Of a stretch of DNA of 64,000 bases, positions 49,158 to 59,281 are shown in pieces. A program made the translations under genes and the position numbers. Source of the DNA: an uncultured Pelagibacteraceae bacterium (lineage in GTDB: Bacteria; Pseudomonadota; Alphaproteobacteria; Pelagibacterales; Pelagibacteraceae); assembly GCA_902522525.1 (NCBI GenBank), contig CABYVU010000001.1:76376-140375 (forward strand), read 5' to 3'. The stretch's first letter is position 1. The number at the start of each line of letters is the position of its first letter. The notes under the pieces were generated by a model, which saw only the letters and a list, made by a program, of their open reading frames with translations, searched no databases and was not told where the DNA came from.

Positions 49158-50198
49158 TTAATTTTTAGTTCCAATAGCCTCTGAAACATTTTTAAACCCT
49201 TTATTTTTTAATAAATCAATTAATTCTTTACTTATTTTTAAAGCTATACGAGGACCCCTATAAACCATTCCAGTATATAATTGAACGAGTGTTGCACCAG
49301 AAGTTATTTTTTCAAAAGCATCTTGTCCATTACTAACACCACCCACTCCTATTATCTTTGTTTTATCTTTTAGAATTTTGTAAAATTTAGAAATTGCCTC
49401 GTTTGAAATCTTTTCAATTGGTTTACCTGACAGTCCACCCTTTTCTAATTTATTTATATTTTTTAAATTCTCTCTATTTTTGTCTGTGGTATTGGAAACA
49501 ATAATGATTCCTATTTCTTGTTCCATAATGATCTTGGAAACTCCATTAATTTGATCATCATTAAGATCAGGTGAGACTTTTATTGCTAGTGGAATGTTTG
49601 AATTTAAATCTTTTTTTTCATTTTTTAGTTTACCAATCAGAGAATTTAGTTCATTCTGGTTATGAAAGTCTCTTAAATTTTCTGTATTTGGTGAGGAGAT
49701 ATTTATTGTTATATAATCAGCTAACTTATAAAATTTACGAAAACAAATTAAATAATCATCGATTCTATTCGTTGAGTCTTTGTTTGGTCCGATATTTATT
49801 CCTAAAAAACCTTTTTTATTATTTTCCTTAATTCTCTTACTAATTTGTTCTGAACCAGAATTATTAAAACCTAATCTATTTATAAGAGCTTCATCTTCTT
49901 CAAGTCTAAAAACTCTTGGTTTAGGGTTACCAAATTGAGGCTTTGGAGTGATTGTCCCTACTTCAACAAAACCAAATCCAAGATTAAAGAGAGGATTATA
50001 TACTTCAGCATTTTTATCAAACCCAGCAGCAACACCAATTGGTGAAGATAATTTTTTTCCACAAAAAGTTGTTTCTAAAATATAATTATCTTTGGGTTTT
50101 GAGTAAGGAATATTATTCAACTTTAGTGCTTTTATTGCTAGTGAATGAGCTACTTCAGGGCTAAATTTAAAAATTAGTGGTCTTAAAATATTAAACAT
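49158..50198 (-). CDS. pyrD: Dihydroorotate dehydrogenase (quinone)
   Basis: AAGFDKN, PQFGNPKPRVFRL, INRLGFN, NISSPNT, SNTT and GGLSG. Confidence 0.97.
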   Translation of the reverse strand: MFNILRPLIFKFSPEVAHSLAIKALKLNNIPYSKPKDNYILETTFCGKKLSSPIGVAAGFDKNAEVYNPLFNLGFGFVEVGTITPKPQFGNPKPRVFRLEEDEALINRLGFNNSGSEQISKRIKENNKKGFLGINIGPNKDSTNRIDDYLICFRKFYKLADYITINISSPNTENLRDFHNQNELNSLIGKLKNEKKDLNSNIPLAIKVSPDLNDDQINGVSKIIMEQEIGIIIVSNTTDKNRENLKNINKLEKGGLSGKPIEKISNEAISKFYKILKDKTKIIGVGGVSNGQDAFEKITSGATLVQLYTGMVYRGPRIALKISKELIDLLKNKGFKNVSEAIGTKN

Positions 50199-51759
50199 TT
50201 TCTAATTTACTTTTTATTAATTCTTTAGTTTCTTGAACCCCAAAAAAGCTTATAAAAAAACCAAATCGTGGTCCATTTTCTACGCCAAAAACTACCTCAT
50301 ATATTAACTTAAACCAATCACGCAAATTTTCTTTATAGCCATTCTCTTTGCCGACTGTATAAATTGTAGTCTGAATATCCTCTGGTTTCATTGTATCATT
50401 GCAATTATCTAAAGAGTTTACTAAAGCTTTTAAAGCAATTTTTTCGCTTTCATTTGGTTTTTTGTAAATCTTTTTAGATTTTATAGCGTCATTAAAATAT
50501 TTAATTGCGTAAGATATTAATTTGTTAAAGATTGGATGCATGTCTTCATTTATATCTTTCTTATATTTCTTAACAAACTTCCAAAGTAATTCTTTATTTT
50601 CAGCATTGCTGGTCTCAACTAAATTTAATAACATTGAGAATGACATAATTGAATTTTCCTCTGGTATCTCTGAATTATGAACATGCCAAACAGGGTTCAT
50701 TAGTTTTTGAAGTTCATTTTGGGTTTTACCTTTTTCAATAAAATCAAGATATTCATCTACAGCCTTTGGTACTACTTCTCTATAAAGTTTTTTTGCTCTT
50801 TTTGGATTCTGGTACATATACAGGGAAAGACTTTCAGGTGATGCATACTCTAACCATTGATCGATGGTAATACCATTTCCTTTTGACTTAGATATTTTTT
50901 CACCTTTTTCGTCTAAAAATAACTCATAAGCAAACCCAGATGGATTTGACTTTCCTAACAACTTTATGATTTTTGTTGATAAAATTGCACTCTCAATCAA
51001 ATCCTTACCATACATTTCAAAATCAACATCAAGAGCATACCATCTCATAGCCCAATCTACTTTCCATTGTAATTTGCAATTACCGTCTAAAATACTTTGT
51101 TCTAATTTTTTTCCATTATTATCAAAAATTATGTTTGAACTTTTAGTATCTATTTCTGAAACTGGTATCTCTAATACAACTCCTGTATCTGGACATATTG
51201 GTAAGAATGGAGAATATGTTTTTTGTCTTTCTTTACCAAGAGTAGGTAGAATGATATTCATTATTCCCTCGTAATTTTCTAAAATTAATTTTAATGTGTC
51301 ATTAAAAAAACCAGATTTATATAAAACTGTTGAACTTTTAAAATTATATTTAAAATTAAATTTATTTAAAAAGTTTTTTAACATTTCATTGTTGTGCTCT
51401 CCAAAACTATTAAATTTTCCAAAAGGATCTGGAACTTTGGTTAAAGGTTTATGAAGATTTTGTTCTAGTTTTTCAGAATTAGGAATATTTTCTGGTATTT
51501 TTCTTAATCCATCCATATCGTCGGAAAATGTGATTATTTCTTTAGGGAGATCTGTTAAATGATTTAGAGCATTAACAATCATCGAAGTTCTTGCCACTTC
51601 ACCGAATGTACCAATATGGGGTAAACCACTAGGGCCATATCCTGTTTGTAGGATAATTTTCCCTTTGTTTTCAATATTTTTTTTTCTCTCTCTTAGAAGC
51701 TTTTTTGCTTCAACAAAGGGCCAAGCGTTTGTTTTATCTATGTTGGTTTTATCGATCAC
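50191..51759 (-). CDS. lysS: Lysine--tRNA ligase class I
   Basis: TGYGPSGLPHIGT, KLQWKVDW, GKD, KISKSKGN and GPRFG. Confidence 0.96.
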   Translation of the reverse strand: MIDKTNIDKTNAWPFVEAKKLLRERKKNIENKGKIILQTGYGPSGLPHIGTFGEVARTSMIVNALNHLTDLPKEIITFSDDMDGLRKIPENIPNSEKLEQNLHKPLTKVPDPFGKFNSFGEHNNEMLKNFLNKFNFKYNFKSSTVLYKSGFFNDTLKLILENYEGIMNIILPTLGKERQKTYSPFLPICPDTGVVLEIPVSEIDTKSSNIIFDNNGKKLEQSILDGNCKLQWKVDWAMRWYALDVDFEMYGKDLIESAILSTKIIKLLGKSNPSGFAYELFLDEKGEKISKSKGNGITIDQWLEYASPESLSLYMYQNPKRAKKLYREVVPKAVDEYLDFIEKGKTQNELQKLMNPVWHVHNSEIPEENSIMSFSMLLNLVETSNAENKELLWKFVKKYKKDINEDMHPIFNKLISYAIKYFNDAIKSKKIYKKPNESEKIALKALVNSLDNCNDTMKPEDIQTTIYTVGKENGYKENLRDWFKLIYEVVFGVENGPRFGFFISFFGVQETKELIKSKLENV

Positions 51760-51845
51760 TTTTAATCAAATAGCCTATAAAATAACGTTTTAAATAATTC
51801 TTATAGAGTTGAAATTTATTTACCATAAAATAATGTCCAATCAAA

Positions 51846-53294
51846 ATGTCCAATTATAAAACAGTTTTTTTCACCCTTGGAGTTTTGCAAATTATTTTGG
51901 GTTTATCGATGATTGCGCCAATTTTAGCGCAGTTTTTTTATGATGAACTCGGCTCTGGTTTTATAAGTTCTGGAATCGTAACGATTATTTTTGGAATTCT
52001 TTTTTTACTTAGTAATTTAGATCATGATAAAAAAATTAGTTTACCTCAAGCTTTTCTCTTAACAGCGTTATCTTGGTTGAGTATTGCTATTTTTGGTTCA
52101 CTTCCATTTATGTTTTCTGAGATAAATTTAAGTGCTACAGACGCTTTTTTTGAGAGTATGTCAGGTATTACCACAACTGGATCAACAATAATCACCAATT
52201 TAAATGAAACCCCTAAAAGCATATTACTATGGAGGGGAATGCTACAATGGTTAGGTGGGATTGGTATTATCGTTATGGCAATTACTTTAATGCCGCTTAT
52301 GAATATTGGTGGAATGCAGTTGTTTATTATATCTACAAGCGATACTCCAGAAAAAATTTTACCTAGATCAAAAGAAATAGCATTGAGACTGATCTTAGTA
52401 TACTCAGGATTAACTTTTATATGTGCATTATTTTATAAAATATTTGGAATGAGCTTTTTTGATAGTGTAGTCCACTCAATGACAACAATAGCGACAGGTG
52501 GTTTCTCAAATTATAATGAGTCTATTGGTTACTTTGATAATTCTTTGATAGAATTAACATCAATAGTATTTATTATTTTAGGAAGTATTCCATTTATTGC
52601 CTATGTTAAATACTTAAATGGTGACAAAAAAATATTCTTTAAAGATACACAAATTAAAACTTTTATAAAAATTGTACTTTTTTCAATTGTCTTGATGTAT
52701 TTATATCTATTTTTAAAAAATCAGAGTTTTTTTGATATCAGCATAAGGTCGGTTGCATTTAATGTAATATCAATTTTAACTGGAACTGGTTATGTAACTC
52801 AAAACTTTAGTGATTGGGGTCAATTCCCATTAATTTATTTTCTTATTCTTATGTTCATAGGTGGATGTGCAGGCTCAACAGCTTGTGGGATTAAAATATT
52901 TAGAGTACAAATTTTGTTCCAATTTATCTCTGTACAACTAAAAAAAATAATTTATCCAAGAGGTATATTTAAAATAAAATATGAAAATAATAATATTGAT
53001 GAAAAATTTTTAGAGTCAATTATTTCTTTTATATTTTTATATATTGTGATTTTTTTTATTATAACTGCTCTTTTATCAACAAGCGGTTTAGATTTGACAA
53101 CCTCAATATCTGCTGCTGCAACATCAATATCAAATGTAGGACCTGGTTTGGGTGATATAATTGGTCCGAATGGTAATTTTGCTAATTTATCTGATTTTTC
53201 AAAATGGATTTTAACCTTAGCGATGATTTTAGGTAGATTAGAATTGTTTGCTGTATTAGTATTATTTATTCCATCATTTTGGAGGAAATATTGA
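51846..53294 (+). CDS. trkH: Trk potassium uptake permease
   Basis: FFESMSGITTTG, QWLGGIGII, TIATGGFS, GGCAGST..GIK, SNVGPG and GRLE. Confidence 0.95.
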   Translation: MSNYKTVFFTLGVLQIILGLSMIAPILAQFFYDELGSGFISSGIVTIIFGILFLLSNLDHDKKISLPQAFLLTALSWLSIAIFGSLPFMFSEINLSATDAFFESMSGITTTGSTIITNLNETPKSILLWRGMLQWLGGIGIIVMAITLMPLMNIGGMQLFIISTSDTPEKILPRSKEIALRLILVYSGLTFICALFYKIFGMSFFDSVVHSMTTIATGGFSNYNESIGYFDNSLIELTSIVFIILGSIPFIAYVKYLNGDKKIFFKDTQIKTFIKIVLFSIVLMYLYLFLKNQSFFDISIRSVAFNVISILTGTGYVTQNFSDWGQFPLIYFLILMFIGGCAGSTACGIKIFRVQILFQFISVQLKKIIYPRGIFKIKYENNNIDEKFLESIISFIFLYIVIFFIITALLSTSGLDLTTSISAAATSISNVGPGLGDIIGPNGNFANLSDFSKWILTLAMILGRLELFAVLVLFIPSFWRKY

Positions 53295-54667
53295 TGTCTG
53301 AAACAAAACAAAGCTGGGTCGACTCTTTATTAGTTTATAAAGATATTAGAATGTTAAGAATATTGCTTCTAGGAGCAATAAGTGGTTTTCCATGGGTATT
53401 AATCGCAAGTAGCTTAAGTCTTTGGCTAAAAGAAGAGGGATTAAGTAGATCAACAATTGGTTGGGCAGGATTAATATTTGGAGTGTATGCATTTAATTAT
53501 TTATGGGCTCCAATAATTGACAGAGTACAAATTCCATTTTTAACTAAAAAATTAGGGCATAGACGTGGATGGATTGTATTAATGCAAATAATTATTTTAC
53601 TAAGCTTAATAGTTTGGAGTTTCATAAATCCTACTCAAAACTTAGCACTTTTAATCAGTGTCGGATTAGTAATTGCTATTGCTTCTGCTACTCAAGATAT
53701 TACTGTTGATGCACTCAGAATAGAACAGATTAATTCAAATGAAGGAAAATCTATGGCCGCTGGAGCCGCTATGGCGGTTGTTGGGTGGTGGACAGGATAT
53801 AAATTAGGGGGTGTAGTAGCATTATTTACTGCGGAATTTTTTGAAAATATGGGCGTAGCAGATTATTGGCAGGCTACTTTTTTAGTTTTAGGAATTTTAA
53901 TTATCTTGATGAATATAGGTTTGATGTTTGTACATGAAACAATTGATTTTGATAGAGTAAATAATCAAAAAGCAACAGATCAAATAATTAGAGATAAGCT
54001 TGGATCCAGTAATATTATTACAAATTTTGTTGCTTATATTACAGGAACTATTGGTGGGCCGATAATAAGTTTTTTCAAAAAAAATGGTTTTGCAATTGCA
54101 GTTGGATTATTAGGATTTGTATTTTTATTTAAAATTGGTGAAGCATTTTTGGGCCGTATGTCTATTGTTTTTTATAAAGAAATTGGATTTTCAAAAGGAC
54201 AAATAGCTATTTACTCAAAAGGATTAGGGTGGATAACCACAGTCGTTTTCACTTTAATAGGTGGTGTGATGGCGATGAGAGCTGGAACAGTAAAGACTAT
54301 GTTTTTTGCTGGAGGTTTAATGGCTGTAACTAATTTACTTTTTGCATTATTAGCCTGGACAGGTAAATCAGAATTATTATTTGCGATAGCTGTAATTGCT
54401 GATGATATAACTGCTGCATTTGCAACAGTTGCATTTGTTGCCTTTATTTCTTTATTAGTAGATAGGACCTATACGGCAACTCAATATGCATTATTAGCAT
54501 CCATAGGAACTGCTGGAAGAACTACTCTTGCCTCGTCGTCAGGTGCGTTAGTAGATTGGCTAAATGGAGACTGGGGTACATTTTTTATAATAACAACGAT
54601 AATGGTCATTCCATCACTAATTTGTCTATGGTTTATTAGGAATAAAGTGAAAATTGGTGCAAAATAG
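53294..54667 (+). CDS. ampG: Muropeptide permease AmpG (MFS)
   Basis: SGFP, LWAPIID, RRGW, SATQDITVDA.RIE and TATQYALL; ATG 53294 preceded by GGAGG. Confidence 0.9.
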   Translation: MSETKQSWVDSLLVYKDIRMLRILLLGAISGFPWVLIASSLSLWLKEEGLSRSTIGWAGLIFGVYAFNYLWAPIIDRVQIPFLTKKLGHRRGWIVLMQIIILLSLIVWSFINPTQNLALLISVGLVIAIASATQDITVDALRIEQINSNEGKSMAAGAAMAVVGWWTGYKLGGVVALFTAEFFENMGVADYWQATFLVLGILIILMNIGLMFVHETIDFDRVNNQKATDQIIRDKLGSSNIITNFVAYITGTIGGPIISFFKKNGFAIAVGLLGFVFLFKIGEAFLGRMSIVFYKEIGFSKGQIAIYSKGLGWITTVVFTLIGGVMAMRAGTVKTMFFAGGLMAVTNLLFALLAWTGKSELLFAIAVIADDITAAFATVAFVAFISLLVDRTYTATQYALLASIGTAGRTTLASSSGALVDWLNGDWGTFFIITTIMVIPSLICLWFIRNKVKIGAK

Positions 54668-55409
54668 CTATTTTTGTGAAAGCTCCTATTTAAATGTTTA
54701 TGAGCATGCCTCAAAGAAATCAAATATAAGTACACAATTAATTTACGGTGAAAAATTTAGGGTAATTGGAAAAAAGAAAGATTTTTTTAGAATCAGAACT
54801 GATTTTGATAATTACTTAGGTTTTATTAAAATCAAAAAATTTAATAAAGTTTTAAACAAAACTCACAAAGTCAGTATATTAAAATCAAAAATTTATTATC
54901 AACCAAAAAACAATAATAAATTTTCAACAAAAAAATACCTTCCATTTTCATCTGAAATTCAGATTATTAATAAAAAAAATAATTTTGGAATGTTTAAAAA
55001 AAATAAATGGGTAAAATTAAATGACTTACAAATTATAAAAAAAAGAAATTATAATTTCAGTAAAATATTTAAACTTTTTTTGAATATAAAATATAAATGG
55101 GGTGGTAAAACATTTGATGGTATCGATTGTTCGGCATTACTTCAAATTTTTTATAAATATAACCATAAGTTTTTCCCTAGAGATACAAAAGATCAAGTTA
55201 AAATAAAAAAAGGTATTAAAAATAAAAAAATTTTTAAGCAAGGGGATATTATTTTTTGGAAAGGACATGTGGCCATTTGTTTAAATAGAAAAACATTAAT
55301 TCACGCATATGGTCCAAAAAAAAAAGTAATATTAATGCCAATAATAAAAACCATTAAATTAATTGAAAAAACTGCAAATTTAAAAGTAATTAAAATTCTA
55401 TCAATTTAG
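54654..55409 (+). CDS. NlpC/P60 peptidoglycan peptidase with SH3-like N-terminus
   Basis: TQLIYGE, YKWGGKT..GIDCSAL, PRD, WKGHV and LIHA. Confidence 0.88.
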   Translation: MVQNSYFCESSYLNVYEHASKKSNISTQLIYGEKFRVIGKKKDFFRIRTDFDNYLGFIKIKKFNKVLNKTHKVSILKSKIYYQPKNNNKFSTKKYLPFSSEIQIINKKNNFGMFKKNKWVKLNDLQIIKKRNYNFSKIFKLFLNIKYKWGGKTFDGIDCSALLQIFYKYNHKFFPRDTKDQVKIKKGIKNKKIFKQGDIIFWKGHVAICLNRKTLIHAYGPKKKVILMPIIKTIKLIEKTANLKVIKILSI

Positions 55410-56305
55410 TTTTGATCTCTTCCAAAATCTGGTTTTGCCACGTCTTGTTTTAAATTCAATATTTGCTGTCTAACTTTTTTTGAATTAACCAATTTTTTTC
55501 TCAAAGTTTTGTCATCAAGGTTTTCAATATTTTTTTTAAAAGATTTTAAGTTTTTGATAAATAAGTTTATTGCACTAACAACATTTTTTCTGTTATTAAA
55601 AAAAATATCTCTCCACATGATTTCATTTGATGCAGCAATCCTAGAAAAATCTCTTAATCCTCCTGCGCTAAATTTAATCACATCTTTTTTTTGAGTTTTT
55701 TGAAAATCTTGAGCGGTCTTTATTAAATTGTAAGCAATTAAATGGGGCAAATGACTTGTAATGGAAAATATCTTATCATGTATTTTTTCATCCATAATTA
55801 TTACTTTTGAACCAATTTTTTTCCAAAAATTAACCAATTTTTTCTGTTTTATTTTATTTTTGTCACTAAAAACTATGCACCATTTATTAATAAATAGACT
55901 TTTACTTCCATACTTTGGTCCACTTACCTCGGATCCAGATATCGGATGACTCATAATCCAGTGAAGTGACTTTGACAGGCTATTATTTTTTAATTTGCTA
56001 ATATTTTCTTTTGTAGAGCCTACATCGGTAATTAAAGATTTTTTACTTAAATGCTTGTTTAAATAAGGAATAATTCTTTTGTACTGACTCATTGGAGTAG
56101 CAATTACAACAAAATCCATATCAGAAATTTTATTATCTAGTTTTTTTAAAATAATTATTTTTTTATCTATTTTTTTAATTTCTCCGATATTTTTTTTTGA
56201 TTTTTCATAAACAAAAAAGTTTTTAGAAGTTTTTTTATTTATGGATGCTCTTAAAATTGAAGACCCAATTAATCCACAACCAACGATCAATATATTTTTA
56301 AACAT
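55406..56305 (-). CDS. tyrA: Prephenate/arogenate (cyclohexadienyl) dehydrogenase
   Basis: GCGLIGSS, DVGSTK, HPISGSE.SG, HD...SHLPHL and GGLRDFSRIAAS. Confidence 0.92.
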   Translation of the reverse strand: MFKNILIVGCGLIGSSILRASINKKTSKNFFVYEKSKKNIGEIKKIDKKIIILKKLDNKISDMDFVVIATPMSQYKRIIPYLNKHLSKKSLITDVGSTKENISKLKNNSLSKSLHWIMSHPISGSEVSGPKYGSKSLFINKWCIVFSDKNKIKQKKLVNFWKKIGSKVIIMDEKIHDKIFSITSHLPHLIAYNLIKTAQDFQKTQKKDVIKFSAGGLRDFSRIAASNEIMWRDIFFNNRKNVVSAINLFIKNLKSFKKNIENLDDKTLRKKLVNSKKVRQQILNLKQDVAKPDFGRDQN

Positions 56306-57383
56306 TTTTAAAAATTTTTTTCATCTGCTTAATTAAAAGTATATTTTCTTTTACATTTCCAATTGTAAGTCTTAAACAATTTTTAATACCATACGAATTC
56401 ATCTCTCTAAGAATAATTCCTGATTTCTCAAGATTTCTCTCTACAATGGCTGCAGTTAATTTACATTTTTTAAAATCTAAAAGAAAAAAATTTGGTCCAA
56501 TTTCATTTGTTTGAATATTATAAGAATTCATTATTTTTTTTATTTTTTTAGCCCAATCAAGATTATGTTTTACAGATTTTTTTATAAAACTTTTATCTTT
56601 AAGAGATTCAACTGCACATTCCTGTGCTATCTTATTAACATTGAATGGTGGTTTAATTTTATATAAAGCATCAATAATTTTTTTACTTCCATAACCCCAT
56701 CCCACTCTTAAAGATGCAAGACCATAAATCTTTGAAAAAGTTCTTAATATAAATACATTATTTTTATTTTTAAAAAGCTCTAAACCAGATCTATAATCCT
56801 TATTTAACATATATTCAAAATAAGCATCATCAACTACTAATAAAATCTTTTCATTTAAACGTTTTCTTAGATCTAATAACTGATTTTTAGAAATGTATGT
56901 TCCTGTAGGATTATTTGGATTAGCTATAAATACAATTTTAGTTCTTTTATTTGTTTTTTTTATAATTTCATCATTTGATACTTTAAAATTTTTTTCTTTA
57001 GAAAATATAACTTTTGCTCCTACTATTTTTGCATAAATTCTGTACATTAAAAAACTGTACTCTGGCACAACAACTTCGTCTCCTTTGTTCAAAAATAACT
57101 GACATAGCATTTGAATAATTTCATCAGATCCAGATCCACAGATAATTTGATTTTGCTTGCAATTATATTTTTTTGAAATCGTGAATGTTAATTCCTTAAA
57201 TTTCCCATCTGGATACTTTGATATATTATTTTTGGATTTTATTATTGCTTTATTAGCATTTTTGCTCATTCCTAAAGCTGACTCATTAGCTGATAGTTTT
57301 ATTATGCTTTTTTTTTTATTTAAGAATGATCTTCCAGGCTTATAGGCTTCTAGGTTTAATTTTCTAAATAATGGAGTATTCAT
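56298..57383 (-). CDS. hisC: Histidinol-phosphate aminotransferase
   Basis: KLSANES, GSGSDE, NPNNPTG, DDAYFEY and RTFSKIYGLASLRVG. Confidence 0.95.
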   Translation of the reverse strand: MNTPLFRKLNLEAYKPGRSFLNKKKSIIKLSANESALGMSKNANKAIIKSKNNISKYPDGKFKELTFTISKKYNCKQNQIICGSGSDEIIQMLCQLFLNKGDEVVVPEYSFLMYRIYAKIVGAKVIFSKEKNFKVSNDEIIKKTNKRTKIVFIANPNNPTGTYISKNQLLDLRKRLNEKILLVVDDAYFEYMLNKDYRSGLELFKNKNNVFILRTFSKIYGLASLRVGWGYGSKKIIDALYKIKPPFNVNKIAQECAVESLKDKSFIKKSVKHNLDWAKKIKKIMNSYNIQTNEIGPNFFLLDFKKCKLTAAIVERNLEKSGIILREMNSYGIKNCLRLTIGNVKENILLIKQMKKIFKNV

Positions 57384-57447
57384 GCTGCTTAGTTTTACTA
57401 ATAAATAGTCAGATAATTAGATAATACAATCAATAATTCTAAAAAAA

Positions 57448-57474
57448 TTGACATCTAAAAAGCTATCTTATAAA
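57448..57474 (+). promoter_or_regulatory. sigma70-like promoter upstream of SAM-II/metX
   Basis: TTGACA at 57448 and TATAAA at 57469; spacing is short (15 nt). Confidence 0.5.
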
Positions 57475-57480
57475 AGCTTT

Positions 57481-57531
57481 TTGCGCTGATTTAACTGAAT
57501 TGCGAGCGCTTTAAAAAACCTGCTAAATAAG
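57481..57531 (+). ncRNA. SAM-II riboswitch
   Basis: GCGCUGAUUUAACUGAAUUGCGAGCGC...GCUAAA closely follows the marine metX SAM-II aptamer pattern; P1 GCGCU/AGCGC; upstream of metX. Confidence 0.9.
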
Positions 57532-57566
57532 TTTTTTTTCTCACAATTCATTTCAGCAAAATTTTT

Positions 57567-58700
57567 ATGAGCAATTTAAATAAAATGAAAATTATAATAA
57601 TTGAGAAAGCTCTTAAGCTTGATTGTGGCAAAGAAATTTCGAACTTTCCATTGGCTTATGAGACCTATGGAAATCTTAATGAGAAGAAAGATAATGCTAT
57701 ATTAATTTTTCATGCGCTAACTGGCGACCAGTATGCTTCAGGCATCAATCCAATTACAAAAAAAGAGGGTTGGTGGAACTACGCAGTTGGTCCAGGTAAG
57801 GCATTCGATACTGATAAATTTTTTGTTATCTGTGCGAATGTTATTGGTGGATGTATGGGATCCTACGGACCAGGAATTATTGATCCTTTGACCAATAAAC
57901 CTATTGGCACAAATTTTCCTGTCATTACAATTAACGACATGGTTAACGCTCAATACAATCTATTAGATTACTTAAATATAGAAAAATTATTTGCAGTTGC
58001 TGGTGGCTCCATGGGTGGAATGCAAGTTTTACAATTCGTATCGAACTTTCCGAATAAGGCTAGAGTAGCTTTACCAATTGCTTGTACGGCTAGTCATTCA
58101 GCTCAAAATATTGCTTTTAATGAACTTGGAAGACAAGCAATAATGTCTGATAGCAATTGGAATGAGGGATTGTATGATGAAAAATCAAAAAATCCAGATA
58201 AAGGTTTAGCTGTTGCTAGGATGGCTGCTCATATCACGTATTTATCAAAACAAGGTTTACAAGAAAAGTTTGGAAGAAATCTTCAAGAAAGATCTGATTT
58301 AAAATTTGGATTTGATGCTGACTTTCAAATTGAGAGTTATCTGAGATATCAAGGTTCTGTATTTGTAGATAGATTCGATGCAAATAGTTATTTGTATATC
58401 ACTAGAGCGATGGATTATTTTGATTTAACTAAACAATTTGGAGGAAACCTTTCCAAAGCATTTAAAGATACCAAAACAAAATTTTTCGTCATTTCCTTTA
58501 CTTCTGATTGGTTATACCCAACCTCTGAGAATAAAGATATTGTAATAGCGCTTAATGCAATTGGTGCTGATGTTGGTTTTGTAGAAATTAAAACTGACAA
58601 AGGTCACGATTCCTTTTTGTTAGACGTACCAGATTTTTTAAGCACGATTAAAAATTATTTAAATACAACTTATTCTAATATTAATGAAAGAAGAATTTAA
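57567..58700 (+). CDS. metX: Homoserine O-acetyltransferase
   Basis: AYETYG, HALTGD, NVIGGC.GS, GGSMGGMQ, RFDAN, SDWLYP and GHDSFLL. Confidence 0.96.
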   Translation: MSNLNKMKIIIIEKALKLDCGKEISNFPLAYETYGNLNEKKDNAILIFHALTGDQYASGINPITKKEGWWNYAVGPGKAFDTDKFFVICANVIGGCMGSYGPGIIDPLTNKPIGTNFPVITINDMVNAQYNLLDYLNIEKLFAVAGGSMGGMQVLQFVSNFPNKARVALPIACTASHSAQNIAFNELGRQAIMSDSNWNEGLYDEKSKNPDKGLAVARMAAHITYLSKQGLQEKFGRNLQERSDLKFGFDADFQIESYLRYQGSVFVDRFDANSYLYITRAMDYFDLTKQFGGNLSKAFKDTKTKFFVISFTSDWLYPTSENKDIVIALNAIGADVGFVEIKTDKGHDSFLLDVPDFLSTIKNYLNTTYSNINERRI

Positions 58701-59280
58701 AGTTATTTCTAAGTTTATTGAGGAAAAATCAAGAGTCTTAGATGTTGGATGTGGTGATGGAATTTTGATGGAATATCTATCAAAAAATAAAGTGGTAGAT
58801 GTTAGAGGACTTGAAATTTCTAAAGAAAAAGTAAAAAAATGTTTATCTAAAGGTTTAGCTGTTATTGAAGGTGACGCAGAGAATGATTTAAAACAATTTC
58901 CAGATTTATCATTTGATTACGTAATATTAAGTCAAACTCTTCAAGCATTTATGACCCCAGAAAATGTTATTGAAAATTTATTACGAGTTGGGAAAAAGGT
59001 AATTGTTACAATTCCAAATTTTGGACATTGGAAAGTTAGATTAGATTTGTTATTAAAAGGAGAAATGCCAGTTACAAAGAATTTACCTTATCAATGGTAT
59101 AATACTCCCAACCTACACATGTGTACAATTCAAGACTTTTATAATTTTTGTAACAACAAAAGAGTTAATATTTATAAATCAATTTCTTTAAATGGAGAGA
59201 AAATTTCAAATATTACAACTTCAAATTTAAAATATAAAAACCTAATATCTGAACTAGGTATTTTTTTATTAGAAAAGTAA
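58684..59280 (+). CDS. metW: Methionine biosynthesis protein MetW
   Basis: VLDVGCGDG, ILSQTLQ, PNFGHW and WYNTPNLH. Confidence 0.95.
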   Translation: MKEEFKVISKFIEEKSRVLDVGCGDGILMEYLSKNKVVDVRGLEISKEKVKKCLSKGLAVIEGDAENDLKQFPDLSFDYVILSQTLQAFMTPENVIENLLRVGKKVIVTIPNFGHWKVRLDLLLKGEMPVTKNLPYQWYNTPNLHMCTIQDFYNFCNNKRVNIYKSISLNGEKISNITTSNLKYKNLISELGIFLLEK

Positions 59281-59281
59281 A

